From: Kofleriaceae bacterium
GTDB taxonomy: Bacteria > Myxococcota_A > Polyangia > Haliangiales > Haliangiaceae
NCBI GenBank assembly: GCA_020633495.1
Contig: JACKDR010000001.1
Span: 246,105-310,104 of the forward strand
Reading direction: 5' to 3'
DNA: 64,000 nucleotides
A program made the translations under genes and the position numbers. How positions within the stretch are numbered: the first letter of the stretch is position 1; every line of letters begins with the position of its first letter. The notes beneath the pieces were generated by a model, which was given only the letters and a program-made list of their open reading frames with translations, made no database searches and was not told the DNA's origin. Of the stretch, positions 56,379 through 64,000 are shown one piece after another.

Positions 56379-57928
56379 CCGCCCATGGTCGCCCGGGCCG
56401 CCGGACACCGCAAGCGGCGCCGCCGCAGGCTCGCGAGCACGCCCAGCGCCAGCAGCGCCGACGTGCCGGCGCCGGCGGCGCCGCCGCCGGTCGAGCAGCA
56501 GCCGCCGTCGTCGATGACCGGCGGATCGGGGTCGGGATCGGGATCGGGATCCGGATCCGGATCCGGATCCGGCGCCGGGCCCTGCCGGTAGCGGACGCCG
56601 AAGGTCTCGTCGACGTCGCGGCTGGTCGAGGTCACGGCGATCGACAGCCACGCCGTCGGCTCGTCGGCGGGCAACGTCACCGCGATCGCGCCGGCGCCGT
56701 CGGTCAGCGCGACGCCGTCGGCGCCGTCGCGCACCAGCGTGGCGTGGCCGACGGCGGCGCCGCCGCGGCTGCCCACCGCGTCGACCTCGACGCCGAGATC
56801 GAGGACGCCGTCGGCCGGGCGCGCCAGCTCGATCGTGACGTAGCCGAAGGCGTGCGGCGCCCGGTCGGTCAGCGTCGCCCAGCCGGTGGTGCCGGCGGCG
56901 CCGACCCGCGCCGCCACCGGGTCGTGGCCGGGGTACGCCGCGACGTAGGCGTCGATCCACGGCGCGACGGCGTCGCCGTGCAGGCCGTCGAGCCGGACCG
57001 CGCGGGCGGCGAAGTCGCCGAACGCGTCGGCGAGGTCGACGTCTCCGGCGACCGCGTCGAGGACGTCGAGCGGATCGTCGCCGGGGCTCGCGGTCGACCA
57101 CGACCGCGGCACCAGCGTCGGATCGGCGGCGGTCTCGGTGACGAAGCGCGGGAACAGCGACGCGCCGTACTGGTGGACGCCGGCCACCGGGTCGGCGCCG
57201 AACGGATCGGCGTGGAGGAACACCGCCAGCTCCGCGGTCAGCGCGTAGGCGCCGACGAACGCGAACGCGACGTCGAGGTCGGGCAACAGCTCCTGCGACG
57301 CCCACTCGGCGGTGGCCTCGTAGTACCAGAACGCGGCGTCCTCGAAGTAGACCGGGAAGGTGAACTGGAAGTCGTGGTACAGCTCGTGCGAGGTGACGTG
57401 GCGGATCGTGGCGGCGTCGCCGCCGGCGCCGACCAGGTTCTTGCTCATGACGAAGAACGGATAGCCGTCGTCGTCGAGGTAGGCGTAGCCGCCGTCGTAG
57501 TCGATCGCCGGCTCGTCGGTGGGCCCGGCGACGTAGGCGTTGATCTTGTAGGTGTCGGCGCCGATCGGCGGGGCCTGGCCGAGGCCGTCGACGTAGAAGA
57601 CGTAGGCCTCCTCGAGCGCGTCGAGGACCTGCTGCGCGTCGGCGTCGCTGAGCGCCGCGCTCTGCCACTTGACCGCGAAGTTCGCCGACTCGCGGACCTG
57701 GAAGGTCCCGGGGAAGCCCTCGCGGACCAGCTTCGTCGCGGTGGGGCCGAGCGCGACCCGGGGCGCGCGCCGCGCCGTGCGCAGCGCCGGCAGCCGCGCC
57801 GGGGTGCCGCAGCGGATCGTCGGCGGCGCCGTCGGCGCGGCCGCGGCGGTGGCGGCGACGCCGGTGGTGGTGAGCAGCGCGACGCCGGCGGCGAGCGCGA
57901 TCGAGGCGGTGGTGGGGCGGTGGGACAT
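56375..57928 (-). CDS. Secreted HExxH zinc-metallopeptidase-like protein with C-terminal MYXO-CTERM sorting signal
   Basis: ATG at 57928 (MSHRPTTASIALAAGVALLTTTGVAATAAAA signal). HVTSHELYHDFQ. PD-repeat linker (PDPDPDPDPDPDPD, 6-bp DNA repeats). C-terminal VIDDGGCCSTGGGAAGAGTSALLALGVLASLRRRRL (Gly-Cys-Cys motif, TM, Arg cluster). Confidence 0.65.
   Translation of the reverse strand: MSHRPTTASIALAAGVALLTTTGVAATAAAAPTAPPTIRCGTPARLPALRTARRAPRVALGPTATKLVREGFPGTFQVRESANFAVKWQSAALSDADAQQVLDALEEAYVFYVDGLGQAPPIGADTYKINAYVAGPTDEPAIDYDGGYAYLDDDGYPFFVMSKNLVGAGGDAATIRHVTSHELYHDFQFTFPVYFEDAAFWYYEATAEWASQELLPDLDVAFAFVGAYALTAELAVFLHADPFGADPVAGVHQYGASLFPRFVTETAADPTLVPRSWSTASPGDDPLDVLDAVAGDVDLADAFGDFAARAVRLDGLHGDAVAPWIDAYVAAYPGHDPVAARVGAAGTTGWATLTDRAPHAFGYVTIELARPADGVLDLGVEVDAVGSRGGAAVGHATLVRDGADGVALTDGAGAIAVTLPADEPTAWLSIAVTSTSRDVDETFGVRYRQGPAPDPDPDPDPDPDPDPDPPVIDDGGCCSTGGGAAGAGTSALLALGVLASLRRRRLRCPAARATMGG
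56524..56571. repeat. 6-bp tandem repeat (gggatc/ggatcc) encoding the (PD)n linker of the MYXO-CTERM metalloprotein
   Basis: gggatcgggatcgggatccggatccggatccggatcc read directly from the sequence. Confidence 0.8.
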
Positions 57929-58045
57929 GGGGGCTCCAGGGTCGGCGCGGCCGGGCCGCCGGGGCAACGGTCGCACGCTGACAGCGACGGCGGGTCGCGG
58001 CGACCGTGGGTATCGGTCCGTGACCGGGTTGGGTACAACCGACGC

Positions 58046-58834
58046 ATGTCGTGCCGCCTGCTGCCCGCCGCCGTGATCGGGATCGCGCTGGTCCTGATCG
58101 CGGCTCCCCGCCCCGCCGCCGCCCAGATCGTCAACGTCCAGGGCGTGCTCGCCGGCGACCCCGAGCCCGGCTGGTCGGGACAGGTCACGGTCACCGCCGA
58201 CTGGCGGACCGGCAACACCGACCTGGCGCTGATCGGCGGCTCGGTGACGACGCTGTACCGCCACGATCGCTGGCTCGGCCTCGGCATCGTCCGCGGCGAG
58301 TACGCCGAGGCCACCGGCGCCCGGCTGTCGGAGAAGACGTTCGAGCACCTGCGCGGCCGGGTCGAGCTCGACCGACGCTGGATGTGGGAGGCCTTCGGCC
58401 AGCACGAGTACGACGCGTTCCGCCGCCTGTCGGTGCGCGCGCTGGCCGGGACCGGCCCGGCGGTGCGGCTGGTCCGGGGCGAGCGCGCCCGCCTGATCGC
58501 CGGCCTCGCCTACATGCTCGAGTACGAGGCGCTCGACGATCGGATGGGCGTCGCCGACGCCGGCGAGACCTCGATCGAGCACCGGCTGTCGAGCTACCTC
58601 ACCGGCAGCTACAAGGTCGACGCCAAGATCGCCGTGACCCAGACGGTCTACGTCCAGCCCCGGATCGACGACCCCGCCGACCTGCGCCTGCTGTCGGAGA
58701 CCGCGCTGACCAGCAAGCTGTCGTCGTGGCTGGCCGTGACCACCAGCCTGATCGTCGCGCGCGACGCGTCGCCGCCGGACGGCATCGAGCCGCTCGACAG
58801 CGCGCTCAAGGTCCAGCTCGGCGTCACGTTCTGA
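58046..58834 (+). CDS. DUF481 (YdiY-like) outer-membrane beta-barrel protein
   Basis: ATG at 58046. Signal MSCRLLPAAVIGIALVLIAAPRPAAAQ. Alternating beta-strand pattern. C-terminal ...LKVQLGVTF (aromatic terminus). Confidence 0.6.
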   Translation: MSCRLLPAAVIGIALVLIAAPRPAAAQIVNVQGVLAGDPEPGWSGQVTVTADWRTGNTDLALIGGSVTTLYRHDRWLGLGIVRGEYAEATGARLSEKTFEHLRGRVELDRRWMWEAFGQHEYDAFRRLSVRALAGTGPAVRLVRGERARLIAGLAYMLEYEALDDRMGVADAGETSIEHRLSSYLTGSYKVDAKIAVTQTVYVQPRIDDPADLRLLSETALTSKLSSWLAVTTSLIVARDASPPDGIEPLDSALKVQLGVTF

Positions 58835-58863
58835 GCCGCGGCGCGGCGCGCCGCGGCCGCGGG

Positions 58864-60702
58864 CTACAGCCCCTCGGCGACCAGCGCGGCGTCGCTGGCG
58901 ACGACGTCCTCGCGGTTGCGGCCGCCGTCGCGGACGATGAAGTAGATCCAGCCGTCCGAGCGGAAGTGCGGGTACAGCGCGTACTGGTTCGGCGCCATGT
59001 TGGTGATCCGGACCCGCTGCCCGGTGCGCAGGCTCATCAGGTAGATGTTGGACGCGCCCGAGGTCCGGTAGCCGGCGAAGCCGGGGTCGTTGCGATCGGC
59101 GAAGCCGAGCTCCTGCGCGTCGGCGTCGGTGTCCTCGAGGTAGTGGTGGAAGACCAGCCACTCCTCGTCGTAGCTGAACGCCGGCTTGCCGCCCGAGTAG
59201 CAGTAGCGGGCGGCGACCTGCGCGGTGATCTGGTAGCTGTTGCCCTGGGGCGCGTAGTTCAGCGCGCGCATCGTGAAGCCGTTCTGCTCGCCGGACGGCC
59301 CCGACACCCGGCTGATCAGGAGCCCGGCCGACGGCGACAGCACGGCGTCGCCCTCGTACGGCGTCGACACCGCGACCGGGATCCGGGCCTGGAAGGTGGT
59401 GCCGTCGAAGACCATCGGGGTCAGCGACGCGCCCGAGTTCTGCGCGAAGTTGGCCGACGGGTCGCCGTGGGTGACGAAGTGGCCGCCGTCGTCGCTGACG
59501 AACGGGCCGTCGACCGCGAAGTAGTCGCCGCCGCCGGGCAGCGCGCCGACGTGCTGGTACAGCCCGACCTCGCCGAGATCGGCGCAGCCGGCCTCGGTCA
59601 TGCTGATCGACGCCGGGCCCGCGGTCAGCACCGACATCGCGCAGACGTTGCGGGCGCCGCCCTGCATGACGAAGCCGGAGTTGTCGGGGAAGAAGCCGGG
59701 GTCGTACGAGGCGTCGACCGGGATCACCCGGTCGGCCTGGAGATCGATGATCGCGGCGTTGGGGCTGGTGTAGCGGCCGTGGCCGACGAAGCGGCCGTCG
59801 GCCGAGCTGCGGGTCCAGTACGCCGACGCGTAGGTGACCTCGTGCAGGACGCGCAGCACGCCGTGGCCGCTGACCGCCCAGCTCGCGCCGAACCCGGTCG
59901 ACGCGGCGTCGGTCTCGTCGGTCAGGCAGTCGCGCGGCCCGGCGGCGCCGGCGCAGCCGTACATCAGCAGGCCGCTGGCGACGTTGCTGGCGCGCCAGCC
60001 GGTGGTCGCGATGGCGTCGAGGTGGGCGCCGACCGACGGCGTGATCAGCGCGTCGCACTGGCCCGGCGGCGGGGTCTCGTCGAGCATCTCGTCGAGCAGC
60101 GGCTGGCCGCGCACGAACCACTCGGCGACGACGTCGTAGTCGTCGTCGGGCAGCGCCGGCAGGCCGCCGGGCGGCATCTTGACCTGGCTCTGGAACGTCG
60201 CCCACTGCGCGGCGCCGTCCTCGGGGTAGGCGCGGGCGAAGGTGTACGCCCACCAGTCGCGGCCGGCGCCGGCGGCCCAGAAGCCCAGCGCCGGGGTCGC
60301 GAACTTGGTGCCCGACACCGCCGAGCGGTTCTTGACGCAGTCGATCATCGCCAGCGCCGAGGCCTGGCTGGACACCGCGAGGTCGGTCAGGCAGCCGGCC
60401 AGCGCGTCGCTGGTGTACTCGCCCCACTCGCGGAGCTTGCTCTCCGACAGCGAGTGGCACGGCACGCACGCCGACTCGGCGCCGTCGACGTCGGCGCCGA
60501 GGATCTGCAGCGCGCGCAGCGCGAGCTGGTCGTCGGGCAGGTCGACGGGGGTGCGGAACGCCGGCGCGACGTCGGCGTCGGGCGCCGCGGCGTCGGGATC
60601 GGCGCCGCCGTTGTCGCCGCAGGCGGCGAGCGCGGCGAGCGCGGCGCAGGTGAGGGCGGCCAGGGCGACCGCGTGGCGGGAGGGGCGGGGGGGACGAGGC
60701 AT
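58864..60702 (-). CDS. Hypothetical lipoprotein with a CxxCH (c-type heme-binding-like) motif
   Basis: MPRPPRPSRHAVALAALTCAALAALAAC lipobox; ESACVPCHSLSESKL contains CxxCH; 612 aa. Confidence 0.5.
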   Translation of the reverse strand: MPRPPRPSRHAVALAALTCAALAALAACGDNGGADPDAAAPDADVAPAFRTPVDLPDDQLALRALQILGADVDGAESACVPCHSLSESKLREWGEYTSDALAGCLTDLAVSSQASALAMIDCVKNRSAVSGTKFATPALGFWAAGAGRDWWAYTFARAYPEDGAAQWATFQSQVKMPPGGLPALPDDDYDVVAEWFVRGQPLLDEMLDETPPPGQCDALITPSVGAHLDAIATTGWRASNVASGLLMYGCAGAAGPRDCLTDETDAASTGFGASWAVSGHGVLRVLHEVTYASAYWTRSSADGRFVGHGRYTSPNAAIIDLQADRVIPVDASYDPGFFPDNSGFVMQGGARNVCAMSVLTAGPASISMTEAGCADLGEVGLYQHVGALPGGGDYFAVDGPFVSDDGGHFVTHGDPSANFAQNSGASLTPMVFDGTTFQARIPVAVSTPYEGDAVLSPSAGLLISRVSGPSGEQNGFTMRALNYAPQGNSYQITAQVAARYCYSGGKPAFSYDEEWLVFHHYLEDTDADAQELGFADRNDPGFAGYRTSGASNIYLMSLRTGQRVRITNMAPNQYALYPHFRSDGWIYFIVRDGGRNREDVVASDAALVAEGL

Positions 60703-60851
60703 GCCGCATCCTCACCCGGCCGGGGGCCCCGGGGCCACGACAACCTTGGCTGTCAGCGCTATCCGCGGCTGACCCGACGCGGAGCGCGGGCGTCGCGGCG
60801 TGCGCCGCCGCACGCCCGGCGCTCGGCCGCCGCCTCGCGCGCCGGCGCGGC

Positions 60852-61871
60852 TCAGGTGGCAGGGGCGCGGCGCGCCAGCCAGCGATCGCCGAGCGCGGCG
60901 GCGCCGACGACGGCGCGCAGGGCCAGGCGGTGCGCGGCCGTCGGCGTGCCGCGCGGGAACAGGAACCCGTTGAGCGCGTGCTGGCCGCCCTTCGAGACCT
61001 CGAACAGGCCCTTGACCGCGGCGCCGTCGGCGCCCCGGTCGGCGCCGTGGTGGGCGCGCATCCGGCGCAGCACGTCGTCGTGGAGCCGGAAGGCGTGGCG
61101 CTCCATCTCCGCCTGATCGACGCCGAGGGTCGCGAACGACTCGCGCAGGGTCATGCCCCCGGCCAGCATGGTCAGCTGGATGCGGGTCTGGAACCACCAC
61201 AGCGCGCGGGCCTCGCGATTCGACAGCCCGGCCAGCACGCTCGGCAAGGTCAGCACGCCGAGGCCGACGTGGCGGGCCTCGTCGCGCTCGAAGTAGTACA
61301 GGAGGTCGCTGAGCACCGGCTCGAGCCGGGCCTCGCCGATCATCTTGAACAGCACGACCGCGGTGTTCTCGACCATCAGCTGCATGCCGACGACCTTGTA
61401 GAGGAGGTTGTCGGTCTCGAGCAGCTCGACCAGCAGCGTGCGGCTGAAGCCGCCGAGCTTCTGGATCGGCACGCCCGCGCGCCACAGGTAGTCGCGCAGG
61501 ACGTAGAAGTGGCGGGCCTCGTCGAAGACCTGGCTCGACGCCGCCATCTTGGCCGGGGTGTCGTCGAGCTTGAGCGCGAGGTCGGCGCTGATCGACCACG
61601 CCGCCAGCTCGCCCCACAAGAGCACCGCCGCGACCTGGGCGAACGCGGCCTTCTTGTCGTCGGGGAAGTGGATGCCGCCGTGCTTGGCGATCAGCTCGTC
61701 GAGGACGGCGCGGCCGTCCCACGCCTGCTCCTGGCTCTTGTGGTAGATGCGCGCCAGCGTGCTGGTCCGGGCCTCGGCCTGATCGACCAGCGACGGATCG
61801 CCGAACGCGTAGGGCGGGAACTGCGCGGCGGGGCGACGAGGGTGGAGCCACTGCGTGCTCGGAGCTGCCAT
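60852..61871 (-). CDS. Ferritin-like diiron-carboxylate protein (putative diiron oxygenase)
   Basis: ATG at 61871 with a perfect AGGAGG SD. Two ExxH motifs in helical context (QVFDEARHFYVL and YYFERDEARHVGL), plus additional Glu ligand candidates. Confidence 0.6.
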   Translation of the reverse strand: MAAPSTQWLHPRRPAAQFPPYAFGDPSLVDQAEARTSTLARIYHKSQEQAWDGRAVLDELIAKHGGIHFPDDKKAAFAQVAAVLLWGELAAWSISADLALKLDDTPAKMAASSQVFDEARHFYVLRDYLWRAGVPIQKLGGFSRTLLVELLETDNLLYKVVGMQLMVENTAVVLFKMIGEARLEPVLSDLLYYFERDEARHVGLGVLTLPSVLAGLSNREARALWWFQTRIQLTMLAGGMTLRESFATLGVDQAEMERHAFRLHDDVLRRMRAHHGADRGADGAAVKGLFEVSKGGQHALNGFLFPRGTPTAAHRLALRAVVGAAALGDRWLARRAPAT

Positions 61872-61891
61872 CGGGTCCTCCTGGGCTGAGA

Positions 61892-62527
61892 TCACTCGGG
61901 ACGTACGCGATCCGAGAGCACGCCGACGGCGTGCAGGTGGGCGGCCTCGCGGGCCAGGGCGTCGAGATCGACCGGGGCGTCGCTGCGCAGCGCGGCCAGC
62001 GCCAGCTTCTCGACGCCGCCGACGATGATCGTCGCGACCATGCGGGCGTCGAGGTCGCGGGTGATGCCGGCGTCGCGGACCGCGATCAGGCCGCGCTCGA
62101 CGATGCCGATGAAGACGTCGTCGATCTCGGCGAGCAGGGTCTCGATGTCGACGTCGAGCCCGACCGCCTCGCGCAGCACGATGCGCAGCGTGTCCTCGTC
62201 GTCGAACACCACCGCGAGGACCTCGCGCAGCTGGGCGGCCGAGAACTCGATCGCCTGGGTCCGCGTGAGCCGCTCGGGCGCCGGGAACCGCTGACCGGCG
62301 ACGGTCTGGCGCTCCATCAGCGCCCGCACCCGGTCCAGGGTCTCGCGCAGGATCGCGGTGAACACCGACTTCTTGTTGCGGAAGTACTGGTAGAGCGTGC
62401 CGCGGCCGATGCCGGCGGCCTCGCAGATGTCGGCGATGCTGGCCGCGTGGAAGCCGCGGGTCGCGAAGACCCGCTTGGCGCAGTCGAGGATCTGGCGCTG
62501 CCGCGCCGGGGAACGCATATAACTCAT
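61892..62527 (-). CDS. TetR-family transcriptional regulator (20 bp upstream of the diiron protein gene)
   Basis: HTH ASIADICEAAGIGRGTLYQYFRNKKSVF. An operator-like palindrome lies immediately upstream. Confidence 0.8.
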   Translation of the reverse strand: MSYMRSPARQRQILDCAKRVFATRGFHAASIADICEAAGIGRGTLYQYFRNKKSVFTAILRETLDRVRALMERQTVAGQRFPAPERLTRTQAIEFSAAQLREVLAVVFDDEDTLRIVLREAVGLDVDIETLLAEIDDVFIGIVERGLIAVRDAGITRDLDARMVATIIVGGVEKLALAALRSDAPVDLDALAREAAHLHAVGVLSDRVRPE

Positions 62528-62532
62528 TGAAA

Positions 62533-62564
62533 CACTACAGAACTGACGTGTCGGTTCTGTAGTG
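62533..62564. promoter_or_regulatory. Perfect 11-bp inverted repeat CACTACAGAAC-N10-GTTCTGTAGTG, 6 bp upstream of the TetR start codon
   Basis: Arms at 62533..62543 and 62554..62564; AT-richer than surrounding DNA. Typical TetR operator architecture overlapping its own promoter. Confidence 0.5.
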
Positions 62565-62621
62565 TGGCAGCGCCCCGCGGAGCGGTCAAGGCGCGGATGA
62601 CGCCGCCGTGGCGCGGGCGGC

Positions 62622-63965
62622 CTACGAGGCGACGAGCCCGCGGAGGCGCTCGATCACCGCCGGGCCGTGCGGCCCCTCGAGGATGCGGGGCACGGCGGCC
62701 TCGATCCAGTCCGACCACGGCCAGCGCTTCCCGAGATCGGAGAGCCCGTCGATCACCAGCTCCAGCGCCCAGACCTCGGACGGTTCGGTGAGCGCGGCGA
62801 CCACCTCGGGGAGGCGTGCCCGCAGCGCCTCCACCTGCGACCCGGTGAGGTCGGCCCGGGTCACCACGACGCCCACCGCGTCGAGCCACGGCGCCGGGGA
62901 CGTGCGGGCGGGCGCCGGCGCGAGCAGCGCGTCGACGAGCTCCGGCTGGGTCGCCCACACCTCGAACAGCGAGGCGGGCAGCGGCATGTTCGCCAGCGCG
63001 TAGTCGCGGCACTCCGGCGTGAACGGACAGCGCGCGAGGATCGGCGCGGTCTCGCCGTGGTCGCGCTCGCTCGCGGCTTCGACGCGCAGCTGCTCGATCG
63101 CCACCGTGGCCCAGCGCGGATCCAGGGTCGCGGCGGCGCCGATCGACGCCAGGAGCGCGCTGACCTCCTGTCCCGACGCGATCCACGGCGCCGCCAGGTC
63201 GAAGAGCTCGGTGGGGCTCACGAGGGTGGCCGCGGCCTTGATGATCGCGCGCTCGTCGGCGCCGCCGAAGGACGTCCGCGCGCGCAGGACGCGGCCGGCG
63301 ACCTCGACCGCGCCGGGCACGTCGGCGCCGAGCATCGTCAACACCAGGCGCGGATCGTCGGTCCGCCTCGCCTCGTCGAGCGCGGGCGGGTAGCCGCGCC
63401 GGACCAGCGTGGCCAGCAGGGCGCCGTCGACATCGGCGTCGGCGTGCTCGCGCGCCGCCTGCAACCACGCGTCGGGCAGCGGCGACCCGAACAGCAGCGA
63501 CGAGACCTTGCCGTGCGCGACGCACGCGACGAGCACCTCGCTCACCACGGGGTGCGCGTGGTGCGGGGCGAGCACGGCGAGCCAGGGCGCGTAGTCTCGC
63601 GCGCCCACGCTCGGGTCGTCGAGGTACTTGCTCGCGCTGGCCAGCGCGTCGCGGACCGCCGCGGCCAGGTCGGCGGATGCCGCCGTCGCGGCCGCGGTGG
63701 GTGCCGGCGGCGTGACGGCGGCCGGCAGCTCGACGGCGACGCCGCGCAGGCGCGGGCTGGCCGCGAGCGCCGCGATGCCGCGCTCGGACAGCTCGTTGCG
63801 TCGGAGATCGAGGCGTTCGAGGCGGGCGAGCGTCGGGATCGTCGCGAGCTCGGTGGCGCCGGCGTCGTCGACGGCACAGCCGGAGAGGCGGAGGTCGGTG
63901 AGCGCACCGAGCCCGGGGGCCCGCGCCAGCGCGAGCGCGCCCGCCGAGCCGATCGGGTCCGTCAC
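62622..63965 (-). CDS. Leucine-rich-repeat-like N-terminal domain protein (hypothetical)
   Basis: LALARAPGLGALTDLRLSGCAVDDAGATELATIPTLARLERLDLRRNELSERGIAALAASPRL resembles RNI-type LRRs. Remainder is helical. The N-terminus could extend beyond the window end. Confidence 0.45.
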   Translation of the reverse strand: MTDPIGSAGALALARAPGLGALTDLRLSGCAVDDAGATELATIPTLARLERLDLRRNELSERGIAALAASPRLRGVAVELPAAVTPPAPTAAATAASADLAAAVRDALASASKYLDDPSVGARDYAPWLAVLAPHHAHPVVSEVLVACVAHGKVSSLLFGSPLPDAWLQAAREHADADVDGALLATLVRRGYPPALDEARRTDDPRLVLTMLGADVPGAVEVAGRVLRARTSFGGADERAIIKAAATLVSPTELFDLAAPWIASGQEVSALLASIGAAATLDPRWATVAIEQLRVEAASERDHGETAPILARCPFTPECRDYALANMPLPASLFEVWATQPELVDALLAPAPARTSPAPWLDAVGVVVTRADLTGSQVEALRARLPEVVAALTEPSEVWALELVIDGLSDLGKRWPWSDWIEAAVPRILEGPHGPAVIERLRGLVAS

Positions 63966-64000
63966 GCTCAGGACCTGGAGCGACGGCAGCGCGGTGCCGG

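Noticed and set aside
56375-60715. 1446-aa minus-strand ORF
   Set aside because: Only the C-terminal 517 aa (from MSHRPTTAS at 57928) look like protein. The remainder overlaps the DUF481 and CxxCH-lipoprotein genes and is Arg/Gly-rich.

Overview
This 64 kb window is ~74% GC and densely coding. It is almost certainly from a myxobacterium (Myxococcota). Supporting signs: a MYXO-CTERM sorting tail (GGCCSTGGG-TM-RRRR) on one secreted HExxH protein; three or more eukaryotic-like Ser/Thr kinases; two ABC1/UbiB kinases; a multidomain class III adenylate cyclase; at least 14 predicted lipoproteins; TGATG/ATGA/GTGA start-stop overlaps. I called about 55 protein genes. No rRNA, tRNA or CRISPR is visible. 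Most long R/G/A-rich ORFs in the six-frame track are antisense or off-frame shadows of real genes; this is usual at this GC, and I rejected them. Accessory-type content: an EF-G paralog followed by an FHA protein; a Rieske[2Fe-2S]-P450 fusion translationally coupled to an AmpG-like MFS permease and followed by a tandem flavodoxin-like FMN reductase; a PadR-ABC exporter cluster; TetR regulators with palindromic operators; a TPP enzyme, gloA and thioesterases; a GH31 lipoprotein; a DUF4388-TonB_C-PstS-OmpA fusion; a 637-bp palindromic MITE-like element with 20-bp perfect terminal inverted repeats. The candidate I consider most worth a second look is at 19.4-22.4 kb. There a VIT-vWFA surface protein ends in a Cys-free GlyGly-CTERM-like tail (poly-Ser, poly-Gly, hydrophobic helix, RRRR) and is followed immediately, on the same strand, by a ~190-aa rhomboid with GLSG and AHxxGxxxG motifs (rhombosortase-like). 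This looks like a rhombosortase-type version of the VIT-vWFA 'sortase target' cassette, in a genome that also uses MYXO-CTERM. The second candidate is a soluble KAP-family P-loop NTPase co-translated with a 7TM-Ser/Thr kinase and divergent from another Ser/Thr kinase. Two genes show apparent frameshifts (17.86 kb, 36.31 kb). All calls rest on reading the translated frames, motifs and start/stop geometry by eye; no database search was run.
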